Positions 48,173 through 57,078 of a stretch of 64,000 bases of DNA are shown piece by piece (the first letter of the stretch is position 1; each line of letters opens with the position of its first letter). The position numbers and the translations under genes were made by a program. The notes under the pieces were generated by a model. It did not search any database. It worked only from the letters and a program-made list of their open reading frames with translations, and was not told the DNA's origin. The DNA is taken from NCBI GenBank assembly GCA_903892035.1, contig CAITGV010000001.1, positions 419,310 to 483,309 on the forward strand. The letters run 5' to 3'. The stretch is from an uncultured bacterium (GTDB lineage Bacteria; Patescibacteriota; Minisyncoccia; Phycocordibacterales; UBA9973).

Positions 48173-48769
48173 ATGAGATTAGCAATTTTAATTTCAAATG
48201 CAGGTACGGGTACAAATTTGCAAGCAATTATAGATGCCATAGAGAGCGGAAAATTAAATGCTTCGATTTGTGCTGTTGTTTCTGATAAAACGGAAAGCCC
48301 TGGACTCGAAAGAGCAAAGAAGCACAACTTGCCGATAGAGATATGCGCCAAAAAAGAAGATTTGAAGTCCCTTTTAGAAAAATTAAATCCTGATTATATT
48401 TGCCTTGCAGGTTGGAAACAAATAATTTTAGACGAAGTAATTTTGGCTTTTCCGGATAAGATTTTGAATCTACATCCCGGACTTATTCCAAATACTTTAG
48501 ATACTGCCGTCCAAAATCCAGATGGTAGTTATGCTCTTTGGAATGAAGGAATGCTTACAGACAAAGCGATACAAAATTTCTTGGACAAAAAATCCACATA
48601 CGCCGGCTCTTCAGTTCATTTTTTAACTCTGCATTTTGATTTTGGTCCAGTCCTCGGTCACACATTTGAAAAAATTGAATCTGACGATACTGTCGAAACT
48701 CTCTACTCACGATTGAAAGTAAAAGAAAATGTACTCTACGTGAGTGTTTTGCAAAAATTAGCTAATTAA
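48173..48769 (+). CDS. purN: Phosphoribosylglycinamide formyltransferase
   Basis: GTNLQAI, LAGW, ILNLHP, GSSVHF...D.GP; start moved to ATG 48173. Confidence 0.92.
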   Translation: MRLAILISNAGTGTNLQAIIDAIESGKLNASICAVVSDKTESPGLERAKKHNLPIEICAKKEDLKSLLEKLNPDYICLAGWKQIILDEVILAFPDKILNLHPGLIPNTLDTAVQNPDGSYALWNEGMLTDKAIQNFLDKKSTYAGSSVHFLTLHFDFGPVLGHTFEKIESDDTVETLYSRLKVKENVLYVSVLQKLAN

Positions 48770-48770
48770 T

Positions 48771-48926
48771 ATGAATGATAAAAAACAAAAAATTTTAGAT
48801 CTTAAAAAAGAAATGGATGCAAAACTACTAGTACTCCGCCTGAAAAGGAAAGATATTATTCTTAAATTTAAAAAAAAGCTTGAAGAGGTAAAAATAAATC
48901 AAATCAGAAATAAAATATCTAAATAG
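48771..48926 (+). CDS. 51-aa Lys-rich coiled-coil hypothetical protein (below ORF-track cutoff)
   Basis: MNDKKQKILDLKKEMDAKLLVLRLKRKDIILKFKKKLEEVKINQIRNKISK fills the gap between purN and the next gene. Confidence 0.6.
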   Translation: MNDKKQKILDLKKEMDAKLLVLRLKRKDIILKFKKKLEEVKINQIRNKISK

Positions 48927-48933
48927 TAAATAT

Positions 48934-51900
48934 ATGGCATCAAGAGAAGAAAAAAAGAAAATTGAGAATAAAGAAACAAAAAAAGTTGTTGCTAGTAATA
49001 AGGAGGGGAAGGAAGTATCTCAAGAAGAATTTTTAAATATTGCGAATGCAGAGAAAAGTAAATTTGAAGAAGAGACTAAAAATGCTTTACAAAATCTCAA
49101 CTCAGTTGACCTAGATGAACATACTTTTAACGAGATAAAGAATGAAAATAAAATTGAAGAAGCGTTGGGTGAAAACTTAAAAGAGGCCAATGCGGTAATT
49201 GAGAACGCAAAGAAGAGCCTAGAGGGCGCTGAATTTAACAGAGATAAGTGCCTCTATGATTTGAAGGCCAAAATTGAAAATGCCAATAGTCTCGAGGAAA
49301 TTGTGAGTGCAGTGACGATCGTACTCGAAAGTCAAAAAGACAGAGAGGACTTAAAGATGTTATTTAATAATTTTAAGTTTAAGGCATCTGAATTGACGAG
49401 CGATGGCAAGGAGAGTCTTGTTAAAGACTATTTCGGTGACATAGTCAAAACAATTACTGAATCACTGAGCGATCCTCGAAACGTAGAACAAGTAAAGAAT
49501 ACAGACTTAGTGGACATAAAAAAACAATCCATAGAAGCACTGAGTGATATTGTTCCACCTACTTTACAGGGACAAGAAAGCCCGGAGTATCTTAAAATGC
49601 TAGAGAAAATTCAGTCTAAGATTGTTGTTCCAGAATACAATTTAAGCGAATTTGTGGATTTTTTAAACCAGTATAATGAAGTGTCAAAAGGCAGGGAGGG
49701 CACGTTTGATAAATTTATCTTTAAAGATTTTCCAAAGAAAAAAGATGACTTTTTCCATGTAAAAAATGAAATTAATTATTTATTGCAAGACCCGCTTGCG
49801 CTAGAAAAAATTGACTTTATTGATAAAAGTAGCCTAAATAAAACTCTCAATCTTTTTGACGGAGATGAATTTTATAGAACTGAATATGGTGGACCGGAGA
49901 AGGCAGAGTTTCTAGAAGACAGCAACATTCTCAAGATGCCCGATTATAAAAAAGGTGTAAATATTTTTAATACTGAATACGTTCAAACAGAAAGGGCGAA
50001 CAAATTACACGGACTGTCGTTAGGGTCACTGAAACTTGCCAAAAACAACGAGTATTTTGACATTAAAACTAAGTATTCATCTGGTGCTCCAACGATAAAT
50101 CTAATCACAGAGGAAGAACTAAAGAAAATTCACGATTTTGATAGTAATCTAAAAGAATTAGATCTATATCAAATGGAATATTTCAAAGAAAATGTTGAAA
50201 ACCTACCGCAAGACATCAAAGATTTTTACCAGAAAGTTTATAACGAGCAGAATTATTCAGGTAATTTTAGCGCAGTCGCAAATAAATCTTTTTTTGAACT
50301 GGCAAAAAGTCCTGAAAACCTGAATAAAATTAAGAAATGCTTTGAGTCCAGATTGATTAGCACTATATACGATAATAATTATATCGAAAGAGTTGCGGAG
50401 TTAGATGAAAAAATCATTGATTTGATGATAGAAACTGGAGAGGGCTTGAATGCAAACATAGAATTGTTGGAAAAAGTTGCCGGCTTAAACGATCCTGACA
50501 AGGAGAAGTACAAGGAAATTGTTGCGGGGTACAGTCTTTTATCAAATTACGATAAACTTGAAACAACAGAATATGTACAGCGTATAAAGGAAATACCTGC
50601 TGAAGAAATGGACTTTTTTCTGAAATGGCAGAATACTCAGGGTAATAAGTGCTATTTTGGAATCAAAAAACTTACAGGGCCGTTGGATGACGCACTGTAT
50701 AGGAAGGAAGATTTCTCTAAACTAGTAGAGTTCCATAATAGTAGCCCAGACGCGGACTCCTTGATTTTTGATTTTTTTGCCAAGAATGATCCATACGTTT
50801 CTGATATAGTAAGAAATATTGAAACATATGGAAAAAATCCAAAAAAGTTTTTTACAGATAACCCAAAGGATGTTATTAAAAATTTTGATGAGATTCAAAA
50901 GCTTTTGGCGAGTAGGGGCGAGTCTTTAAATCAAGAAGAACTTAACTCAATATTCAATTATACTTTGAAGAGTAGTCCTCAGATGTTTCTTGAAAAAATC
51001 AGCTTCCCACTCTCACCAGAACAGCAGAAAGTTATTGATATTTTCACGAAAATTTCAAACTCGCCATCAAGTGAAATGAAAAATATGGCGCTCGAGCTCT
51101 CACTGCAGATAGTGGAGGGTGGGGATCTTTCAACCATCGATGAACGATATGAAAAGATTGATAGCATTTTTGTGCGAAACAATATCCCGTTTGTGGGAAA
51201 GCAGGCAAAGATTTGTGAAGCGCTCCACCCTCAGATAGTTACACAAAATAATTCTAGCCCAGAACTGCAATCTCTACATAGCAACAATGCTAGGCGACTT
51301 TTGATTTTCAAAGATTTGATGCTCACAAACTTTAACAGTTTGAACTCAAACTTGGAACAATATCTTTTGGTTTTCAAAAGTGGTCAGGAGGTTTTGGATA
51401 AATATGAAAGTGGTGAGCAGTTGAGCGGAGACGAAGAAGAAAAACTGAAGTATTTCTTTAAAAAGATTAACGCTCTTTCCGAAAATACCAAAAAGACTGA
51501 CAAGTTCAACAAGTTTGATTTGGAAGATTTAAGTTTGACTGAAAACTTGCAAGCGCTGAAATCAAATTTTGGTGTTGGAGAAAATCAGACAATAATCGGC
51601 AAATTTGAAGATACTTTTTTGAAAAGAATTGGTATAAGTAATTTCTCTGAAGCCCTAAAACGTTATGATGATTTACGTGAAGCAGTAAGCAACCGTAATA
51701 AGCAACTAGCGGAGAGTGGGCAGATTAATTTAGGTGAAAATGATTTAGCTAAGGGTATTTCTATTGATTATTTTGATAAAAATCTTGATCGAGGTATTTA
51801 TGCACCTGAGTTTATTGGGGCAGAAACCATTGAAGCAAAAGGTAAATCAAAAGGCAGTGATTCTACGCCATGGGATACGGATTTAATTATGGTCGGAAAT

Positions 51901-53154
51901 AGGAATACTTCAGAAATTATAGAAAAATCTACAGCTTCAGGGTATGGCGAAGCAATAATAATCATCAGAGATAGAGGCCAATTTAATCGTACGGAAAAAG
52001 GACAACCCATAGAAAAAGGTCAAGATAAATTGGAGTTATTTAAGACTCGTGCTTTGGGCGAGGACCATTATGGTATCAGGACTGGTTTTGGTTCGACCGA
52101 GATTGATGCGTTGCTGGCCAAGGATAATGTAATACAAAATAGCAAACAGCTAGATTCGCTGAAGTTCTCAATAGCGCAAAAGGGCTTCTATATACCTATC
52201 TGCGATAAAACAGGCAAGGTTATTTTTACTGCCGATGAATATGAAGAATACAAGAAAATATTTGCTGGTGTTGATAAATATCATGGTGAGGAAATCAGCT
52301 TACGGGAAGACTGGAAAAATTCTAAATTCAGCGAAGACATTAGCAAGTTTTCTCAAACTAACGAAAATCTTGATAATATTAACAAGATTAAGGATGATAT
52401 TTATTCTGATATTGAAAGTGACCTGAAAACTTTTGGAATTGAGCTTCATAAAGGACGTTACGACGATAGCGTTGTGGGAGCAAAGATAATCGATACAGGC
52501 TCTACTGGTCGTGGTGCAGCCCTCGACGAAGGATATGATCTTGACTTTGTTATTAAGGTCGACGATCGGGATGCAGATAAGATTAGTCAAATGGCTGAAA
52601 ATTTGAAAAAGAAGTATCCATATGATCAAGATTATGAAAGAGATGGCATGAGAACGTATAGGTTTAAGAGTTTTGAAAAAGATGGAAACAAAATTGACTT
52701 GGATATTAGTTTTGTCAAAAAATCAGACAGTGAAGAACTTGATGCAAATGAAGCCGTCGCGCAGAAGTACGACTCTATCAAAAAATCTTCAGGAGAAGAT
52801 AAGTTACTTGATGTTCTAACAAATGTCAGATTTGCAAAAAAGGAGTTGAAGGAAGCAGGTTGCTATAAGAAAGGAATGACTGGTAATGGAGAACAACAAG
52901 GCGGAATGGGTGGCATTGGCGTTGAAAACTGGATATTGCAAAATGGTGGAGATGCGGTGGATGCATTTAGAGATTTCAATAAAAATGCTTACCAAGATGG
53001 TGAACTCGTATCATTTAATGACTTCAAGAAAAAATACAAGATCTTCAGCGCTGGTAGCAATATACGAGGCGGAGTCAAGGCAGAAAACTTCGTTTATAAT
53101 ATGGATGAAACAGGCTATAATAAAATGGCTGAACTTTCGAAGAAGTTTATTTAG
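48934..53154 (+). CDS. Large acidic protein with C-terminal class I (pol-beta superfamily) nucleotidyltransferase domain
   Basis: IIDTGSTGRG.....YDLDFVIKV (GS + DxD), DLDISF, VRFAKK.LK..G.Y, GGMGGIGVE..I. Confidence 0.75.
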   Translation: MASREEKKKIENKETKKVVASNKEGKEVSQEEFLNIANAEKSKFEEETKNALQNLNSVDLDEHTFNEIKNENKIEEALGENLKEANAVIENAKKSLEGAEFNRDKCLYDLKAKIENANSLEEIVSAVTIVLESQKDREDLKMLFNNFKFKASELTSDGKESLVKDYFGDIVKTITESLSDPRNVEQVKNTDLVDIKKQSIEALSDIVPPTLQGQESPEYLKMLEKIQSKIVVPEYNLSEFVDFLNQYNEVSKGREGTFDKFIFKDFPKKKDDFFHVKNEINYLLQDPLALEKIDFIDKSSLNKTLNLFDGDEFYRTEYGGPEKAEFLEDSNILKMPDYKKGVNIFNTEYVQTERANKLHGLSLGSLKLAKNNEYFDIKTKYSSGAPTINLITEEELKKIHDFDSNLKELDLYQMEYFKENVENLPQDIKDFYQKVYNEQNYSGNFSAVANKSFFELAKSPENLNKIKKCFESRLISTIYDNNYIERVAELDEKIIDLMIETGEGLNANIELLEKVAGLNDPDKEKYKEIVAGYSLLSNYDKLETTEYVQRIKEIPAEEMDFFLKWQNTQGNKCYFGIKKLTGPLDDALYRKEDFSKLVEFHNSSPDADSLIFDFFAKNDPYVSDIVRNIETYGKNPKKFFTDNPKDVIKNFDEIQKLLASRGESLNQEELNSIFNYTLKSSPQMFLEKISFPLSPEQQKVIDIFTKISNSPSSEMKNMALELSLQIVEGGDLSTIDERYEKIDSIFVRNNIPFVGKQAKICEALHPQIVTQNNSSPELQSLHSNNARRLLIFKDLMLTNFNSLNSNLEQYLLVFKSGQEVLDKYESGEQLSGDEEEKLKYFFKKINALSENTKKTDKFNKFDLEDLSLTENLQALKSNFGVGENQTIIGKFEDTFLKRIGISNFSEALKRYDDLREAVSNRNKQLAESGQINLGENDLAKGISIDYFDKNLDRGIYAPEFIGAETIEAKGKSKGSDSTPWDTDLIMVGNRNTSEIIEKSTASGYGEAIIIIRDRGQFNRTEKGQPIEKGQDKLELFKTRALGEDHYGIRTGFGSTEIDALLAKDNVIQNSKQLDSLKFSIAQKGFYIPICDKTGKVIFTADEYEEYKKIFAGVDKYHGEEISLREDWKNSKFSEDISKFSQTNENLDNINKIKDDIYSDIESDLKTFGIELHKGRYDDSVVGAKIIDTGSTGRGAALDEGYDLDFVIKVDDRDADKISQMAENLKKKYPYDQDYERDGMRTYRFKSFEKDGNKIDLDISFVKKSDSEELDANEAVAQKYDSIKKSSGEDKLLDVLTNVRFAKKELKEAGCYKKGMTGNGEQQGGMGGIGVENWILQNGGDAVDAFRDFNKNAYQDGELVSFNDFKKKYKIFSAGSNIRGGVKAENFVYNMDETGYNKMAELSKKFI

Positions 53155-53168
53155 ATTAACCAACATAT

Positions 53169-54479
53169 ATGCAAAAACAGAAAATTTTAATAATAGGTGG
53201 AGGAGGACGTGAGCATGCGGTCGGGTGGAAAGTGGCGCAGTCGCCGAGAGCGGGTGAGCTGTTTTTTGCGCCCGGCAATGCGGGTACTGCGACACTTGGT
53301 ACAAACGTACCTATTTCTGCTACAGATATTCCTGCACTTATTAATTTTGCAAAAAAAGAAAATATTGATTTAACCTTGGCTTTGCCGGATGATCCACTTT
53401 CACTCGGTATTGTTGATCAGTTTAATGCCGAAGGTCTACGAATCTGGGGACCAACAAAAGCTGCCGCTCAACTTGAATCTTCGAAAGCTTATGCAAAAGA
53501 TTTTATGAAAAGGCACAATTTGCCTACAGCAAAATTTGAAACATTTACTGATTTTGAAAAAGCAAAAGAATATGTAGCAAATGGGTCGTTGCCAGTCGTA
53601 ATCAAAGCAAGTGGTTTGGCGCTCGGGAAAGGTGTGGTTATTTGTGAGACTCTCAATCAAGCAAATGAAGCATTGGAAAATATGCTCGTGAAAAAAGTTT
53701 TTGGCGAATCTGGTGCGACTGTCGTGATTGAAGAGTTTTTATTAGGTCCAGAAATTTCCATTCATGCATTTTGTGACGGAGAAAATTATAAAATATTTCC
53801 TTCCGCTCAAGATCATAAAAGAGTAGGTGTTGGGGACACAGGACCCAATACTGGCGGAATGGGTACAGTTGCACCAGTGCCATTTGCATCCACTGAATTA
53901 ATGAAAAAAATTGAAGAGAGTATTGTCGCTCCGACTTTGCGCGCAATGGTTGCGGACGGAATCCCATTTCAAGGTGTTCTTTTTCCAGGACTGATGCTGA
54001 CAAAAGATGGTCCTAAGATTTTGGAATTTAATGCACGCTTTGGCGACCCAGAAACACAATCTTTTATGCGTTTACTCGACACTGACCTGATTGAAATTAT
54101 TGAAGCGACACTCGATCATAAACTTAATGAAATAGAAATAAAATGGAAACCTTTATTCGCCTGCAACATTGTACTTGCATCTCTAGGCTATCCAGGGAAT
54201 TATGAAAAGGGGAAAGTGATTACGGGACTTGAGAAGTTTCCTCCCCTTGATAAGGGGGAGGTGCCAGAGGCGGAGGGGGTTGTATTATTTCATGCTGGTA
54301 CAAAGGCAGAAAATGGAGAACTTTTAACCAATGGCGGGCGGGTGCTCGGTGTATCAGCCACAGGAAATACACTTCCTGAAGCCCTAGAGAAAGCTTATAA
54401 AGCAATTGAGAGCATTAATTTCGATGGTATGCAATATCGCAAAGATATTGGAAAAAATGCGATGAAAATGCTAGAGTAA
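53169..54479 (+). CDS. purD: Phosphoribosylamine--glycine ligase
   Basis: GGGGREHA, APGNAG, KASGLALGKGV, GPNTGGMG, EFNARFGDPE, GGRVL. Confidence 0.98.
   Translation: MQKQKILIIGGGGREHAVGWKVAQSPRAGELFFAPGNAGTATLGTNVPISATDIPALINFAKKENIDLTLALPDDPLSLGIVDQFNAEGLRIWGPTKAAAQLESSKAYAKDFMKRHNLPTAKFETFTDFEKAKEYVANGSLPVVIKASGLALGKGVVICETLNQANEALENMLVKKVFGESGATVVIEEFLLGPEISIHAFCDGENYKIFPSAQDHKRVGVGDTGPNTGGMGTVAPVPFASTELMKKIEESIVAPTLRAMVADGIPFQGVLFPGLMLTKDGPKILEFNARFGDPETQSFMRLLDTDLIEIIEATLDHKLNEIEIKWKPLFACNIVLASLGYPGNYEKGKVITGLEKFPPLDKGEVPEAEGVVLFHAGTKAENGELLTNGGRVLGVSATGNTLPEALEKAYKAIESINFDGMQYRKDIGKNAMKMLE
54240..54281 (+). repeat. Family A-like in-frame element in purD (PPLDKGEVPEAEGV)
   Basis: CCTCCCCTT-GAT-AAGGGGGAGG-TGCCAGAGGCGGAGGGGGTT before the conserved FHAGT. 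Confidence 0.8.
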
Positions 54480-54483
54480 ACTT

Positions 54484-55005
54484 ATGAAAAAAATTAAAAC
54501 ACAAGTTAAAATATTGATGGGGTCAGATTCCGATTTAGAAGTAATGTCAGATGCAGCAAAGGTGTTTGAGGATTTTGGAGTAGCACACGAAATAATCGTT
54601 GCTTCTGCTCATCGAAGTCCAGAATTTGTGCATAAGCATATTTCAAATGCAAAAACCCAAGGTGTGCAAGTAATTATTGCGGGTGCTGGTGGAGCAGCGC
54701 ATTTGGCTGGAGTGTGTGCATCTCTCACAACTCTTCCCGTCATTGGTGTGCCAGTGAAAGCAAAAACTCTCGACGGTTTGGATTCACTTCTTTCAACTGT
54801 GGGAATGCCACCCGGAGTACCTGTTGCAACTGTCGGCATCAATTCTTCAAAAAATGCAGGCCTTCTTGCTGTACAAATTCTCGCGCTTTCTGATGTGATA
54901 CTTTCAAAAAAAATGATTGAATATAAAAAAAAGATGGCAATAGAAATTGAAAACAAAGCTGAAAAACTTTCAAAGTTGGGTTATAAAAAATATCTCGGAC
55001 AATAA
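54484..55005 (+). CDS. purE: N5-CAIR mutase
   Basis: MGSDSD, SAHR, AGGAAHL, PVIGVP, MPPGVPVATV. Confidence 0.97.
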   Translation: MKKIKTQVKILMGSDSDLEVMSDAAKVFEDFGVAHEIIVASAHRSPEFVHKHISNAKTQGVQVIIAGAGGAAHLAGVCASLTTLPVIGVPVKAKTLDGLDSLLSTVGMPPGVPVATVGINSSKNAGLLAVQILALSDVILSKKMIEYKKKMAIEIENKAEKLSKLGYKKYLGQ

Positions 55006-55008
55006 TTT

Positions 55009-56046
55009 ATGTCTGATCTTTACAAACAATCTGGAGTTTCGATTGACGATGGAAATGCTGTCGTCGCAAATATAAAAGACGTCGTTGCCAAAACGCATTC
55101 TTCTTCTGTGCTTGTGGGTATCGGAAGTTTTGGCGCTTTGTATGATTTATCCGAAGTATTAAAAAAATATAAAAACCCTGTTCTTGTGCAAAGTGTGGAC
55201 GGTGTGGGTACAAAGCTTATGGTTGCGAAAATGGCAAATGACTATTCTAAAGTCGGTGCCGACATCGTGAACCACAGTGCAAATGACATCGTATGCATGG
55301 GTGCCGAACCGCTGACATTTCTAGATTATGTCGCTCATGAAAAATTGGAAAAAGATGTAATGAATGAAATTATTCGTGGCATGGCGGATGCTTGCGTGGA
55401 AGGAAAAATTTCTCTCATTGGTGGTGAGACTGCAGAAATGCCTGGTGTGTATGTGAAAGGTGAGCACGATATTGCAGGAGCTATCACTGGAGTTGTGGAG
55501 CGTGAAAAAATAATTACAGGAGAAAAAATTGAAGTCGGAGATGCTGTTATTGGACTTTCATCTTCGGGACTGCACACAAATGGTTATTCTCTTGCTCGTA
55601 AAGCATTTTTTGATATTGGAAAATTTGGTGTGAATGATACACCAGAAGGACTCGATGGCACAGTCGGTGAAGTTCTTCTTCGCGCACATTTAAATTATTC
55701 TCCAGCAGTTTTAAATTTAATTTCTCAAAATATACAAATCAACGGTATTGCACATTTGACTGGTGGAGGTTTTGTAGAAAATATTCCACGCATATTGCCA
55801 AAAAATGTAAATGTAAAAATAAACAAAGGCTCATGGCCTGTGCTTCCAGTGTTTTCTACAATTGCGCGTATTGCGAATGTTTCAGAAGATGAATGCTATC
55901 GTGCTTTTAACATGGGAATTGGTATGATTCTTGTCGTCCCTCAGTCTGAAAAAGCTCGCGTATTGGAAATCTTATCCTCAGAACAAAAGTTTAAAGCTTA
56001 CGAAATAGGGGAAATTATCTCTGGAAACGGTGTAGTTGTATTCTAA
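55009..56046 (+). CDS. purM: AIR synthase
   Basis: DGVGTK, GGETAEMPG, SSGLHTNGYSL, AHLTGGG, FNMGIG. Confidence 0.97.
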   Translation: MSDLYKQSGVSIDDGNAVVANIKDVVAKTHSSSVLVGIGSFGALYDLSEVLKKYKNPVLVQSVDGVGTKLMVAKMANDYSKVGADIVNHSANDIVCMGAEPLTFLDYVAHEKLEKDVMNEIIRGMADACVEGKISLIGGETAEMPGVYVKGEHDIAGAITGVVEREKIITGEKIEVGDAVIGLSSSGLHTNGYSLARKAFFDIGKFGVNDTPEGLDGTVGEVLLRAHLNYSPAVLNLISQNIQINGIAHLTGGGFVENIPRILPKNVNVKINKGSWPVLPVFSTIARIANVSEDECYRAFNMGIGMILVVPQSEKARVLEILSSEQKFKAYEIGEIISGNGVVVF

Positions 56047-56070
56047 TAAGTTTTGCCGTAATATTAGACT

Positions 56071-57039
56071 ATGTTAAACATACAAGAAATAAAAGACCAC
56101 ATGGACTACGTTATAAGTAGTACAGATTTTACTAATTTAGGTGAGAAAAAAGTCGGCAAGGTTCGAGATATTTATTTACAAAATGACAAGATAATTTTAG
56201 TAGCTACAGATCGCTACAGTGCTTTTGATCGCAACCTCGCCCTCGTGCCACACAAAGGAAGTGTGCTTACTGGTACAAGTTTATTTTGGTTTGAAAATAC
56301 AAAAGACATTGTTCAAAATCACATCATCAGTAGTCCTGACCCAAGTGTCGTAGTCGCAAAGAAATGTTCTGTGATTCCTATTGAGGTTGTCGTCCGCGGA
56401 TACATCACTGGTGTGACTGGTACTGCACTTTGGACACTTTATCAAAAAGGCGAGAGAGACTTCGGAAGCTTCACTCTTCCAGAAGGAATGAAGAAAAATC
56501 AAAAATTGGAAACTCCAGTTCTTACTCCTACTACAAAATCTGACGAACATGACAAACCTCTTACAGAAAAAGAAATTGTGGACGAAGGCCACGTGCGCGA
56601 AGATTTGTGGCAAGAAGTTCGCACGACAGCTTTAAAGCTTTTTGCTCGTGGACAGGAAATTGCATCACAGCGTGGACTAATACTTGTGGATACAAAATAT
56701 GAATTTGGTTTGGACGACAAAGGTAAACTTACATTGATTGATGAAATCCACACTCCCGACTCTTCTCGCTATTGGAAACTCGCAACATACAATGAACGTT
56801 TTGAAAAAGGCGAAGAACCAGAATATTTCGACAAAGAATTTGTCCGTATGTGGTTCAAAGGGCATTGCGATCCCTACAATGACGCCGTTCTACCCGAAGC
56901 TCCAGCTGACCTCATCGCCGAGCTTTCCCGCCGTTACATCGAAATCTACGAAACCATCACCGGCAAAACTTTCACCGCCGACTTCAACCAACCAATTGGT
57001 GAACGCATAGAAAATAACCTAAAAAGTTTTCAAATATAA
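56071..57039 (+). CDS. purC: SAICAR synthetase
   Basis: GKVRD, TDRYSAFD, EVVVRGY, LVDTKYEFG, DEIHTPDSSRYW. Confidence 0.97.
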   Translation: MLNIQEIKDHMDYVISSTDFTNLGEKKVGKVRDIYLQNDKIILVATDRYSAFDRNLALVPHKGSVLTGTSLFWFENTKDIVQNHIISSPDPSVVVAKKCSVIPIEVVVRGYITGVTGTALWTLYQKGERDFGSFTLPEGMKKNQKLETPVLTPTTKSDEHDKPLTEKEIVDEGHVREDLWQEVRTTALKLFARGQEIASQRGLILVDTKYEFGLDDKGKLTLIDEIHTPDSSRYWKLATYNERFEKGEEPEYFDKEFVRMWFKGHCDPYNDAVLPEAPADLIAELSRRYIEIYETITGKTFTADFNQPIGERIENNLKSFQI

Positions 57040-57078
57040 AACGTTGCAAAAAGGGGTTAAATCCACTATAATCTCCAC

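Noticed and set aside
23274-54281. Inteins or self-splicing introns as the explanation of the coding inserts
   Set aside because: The inserts are only about 6-27 codons and lack intein termini or group I/II intron structure.
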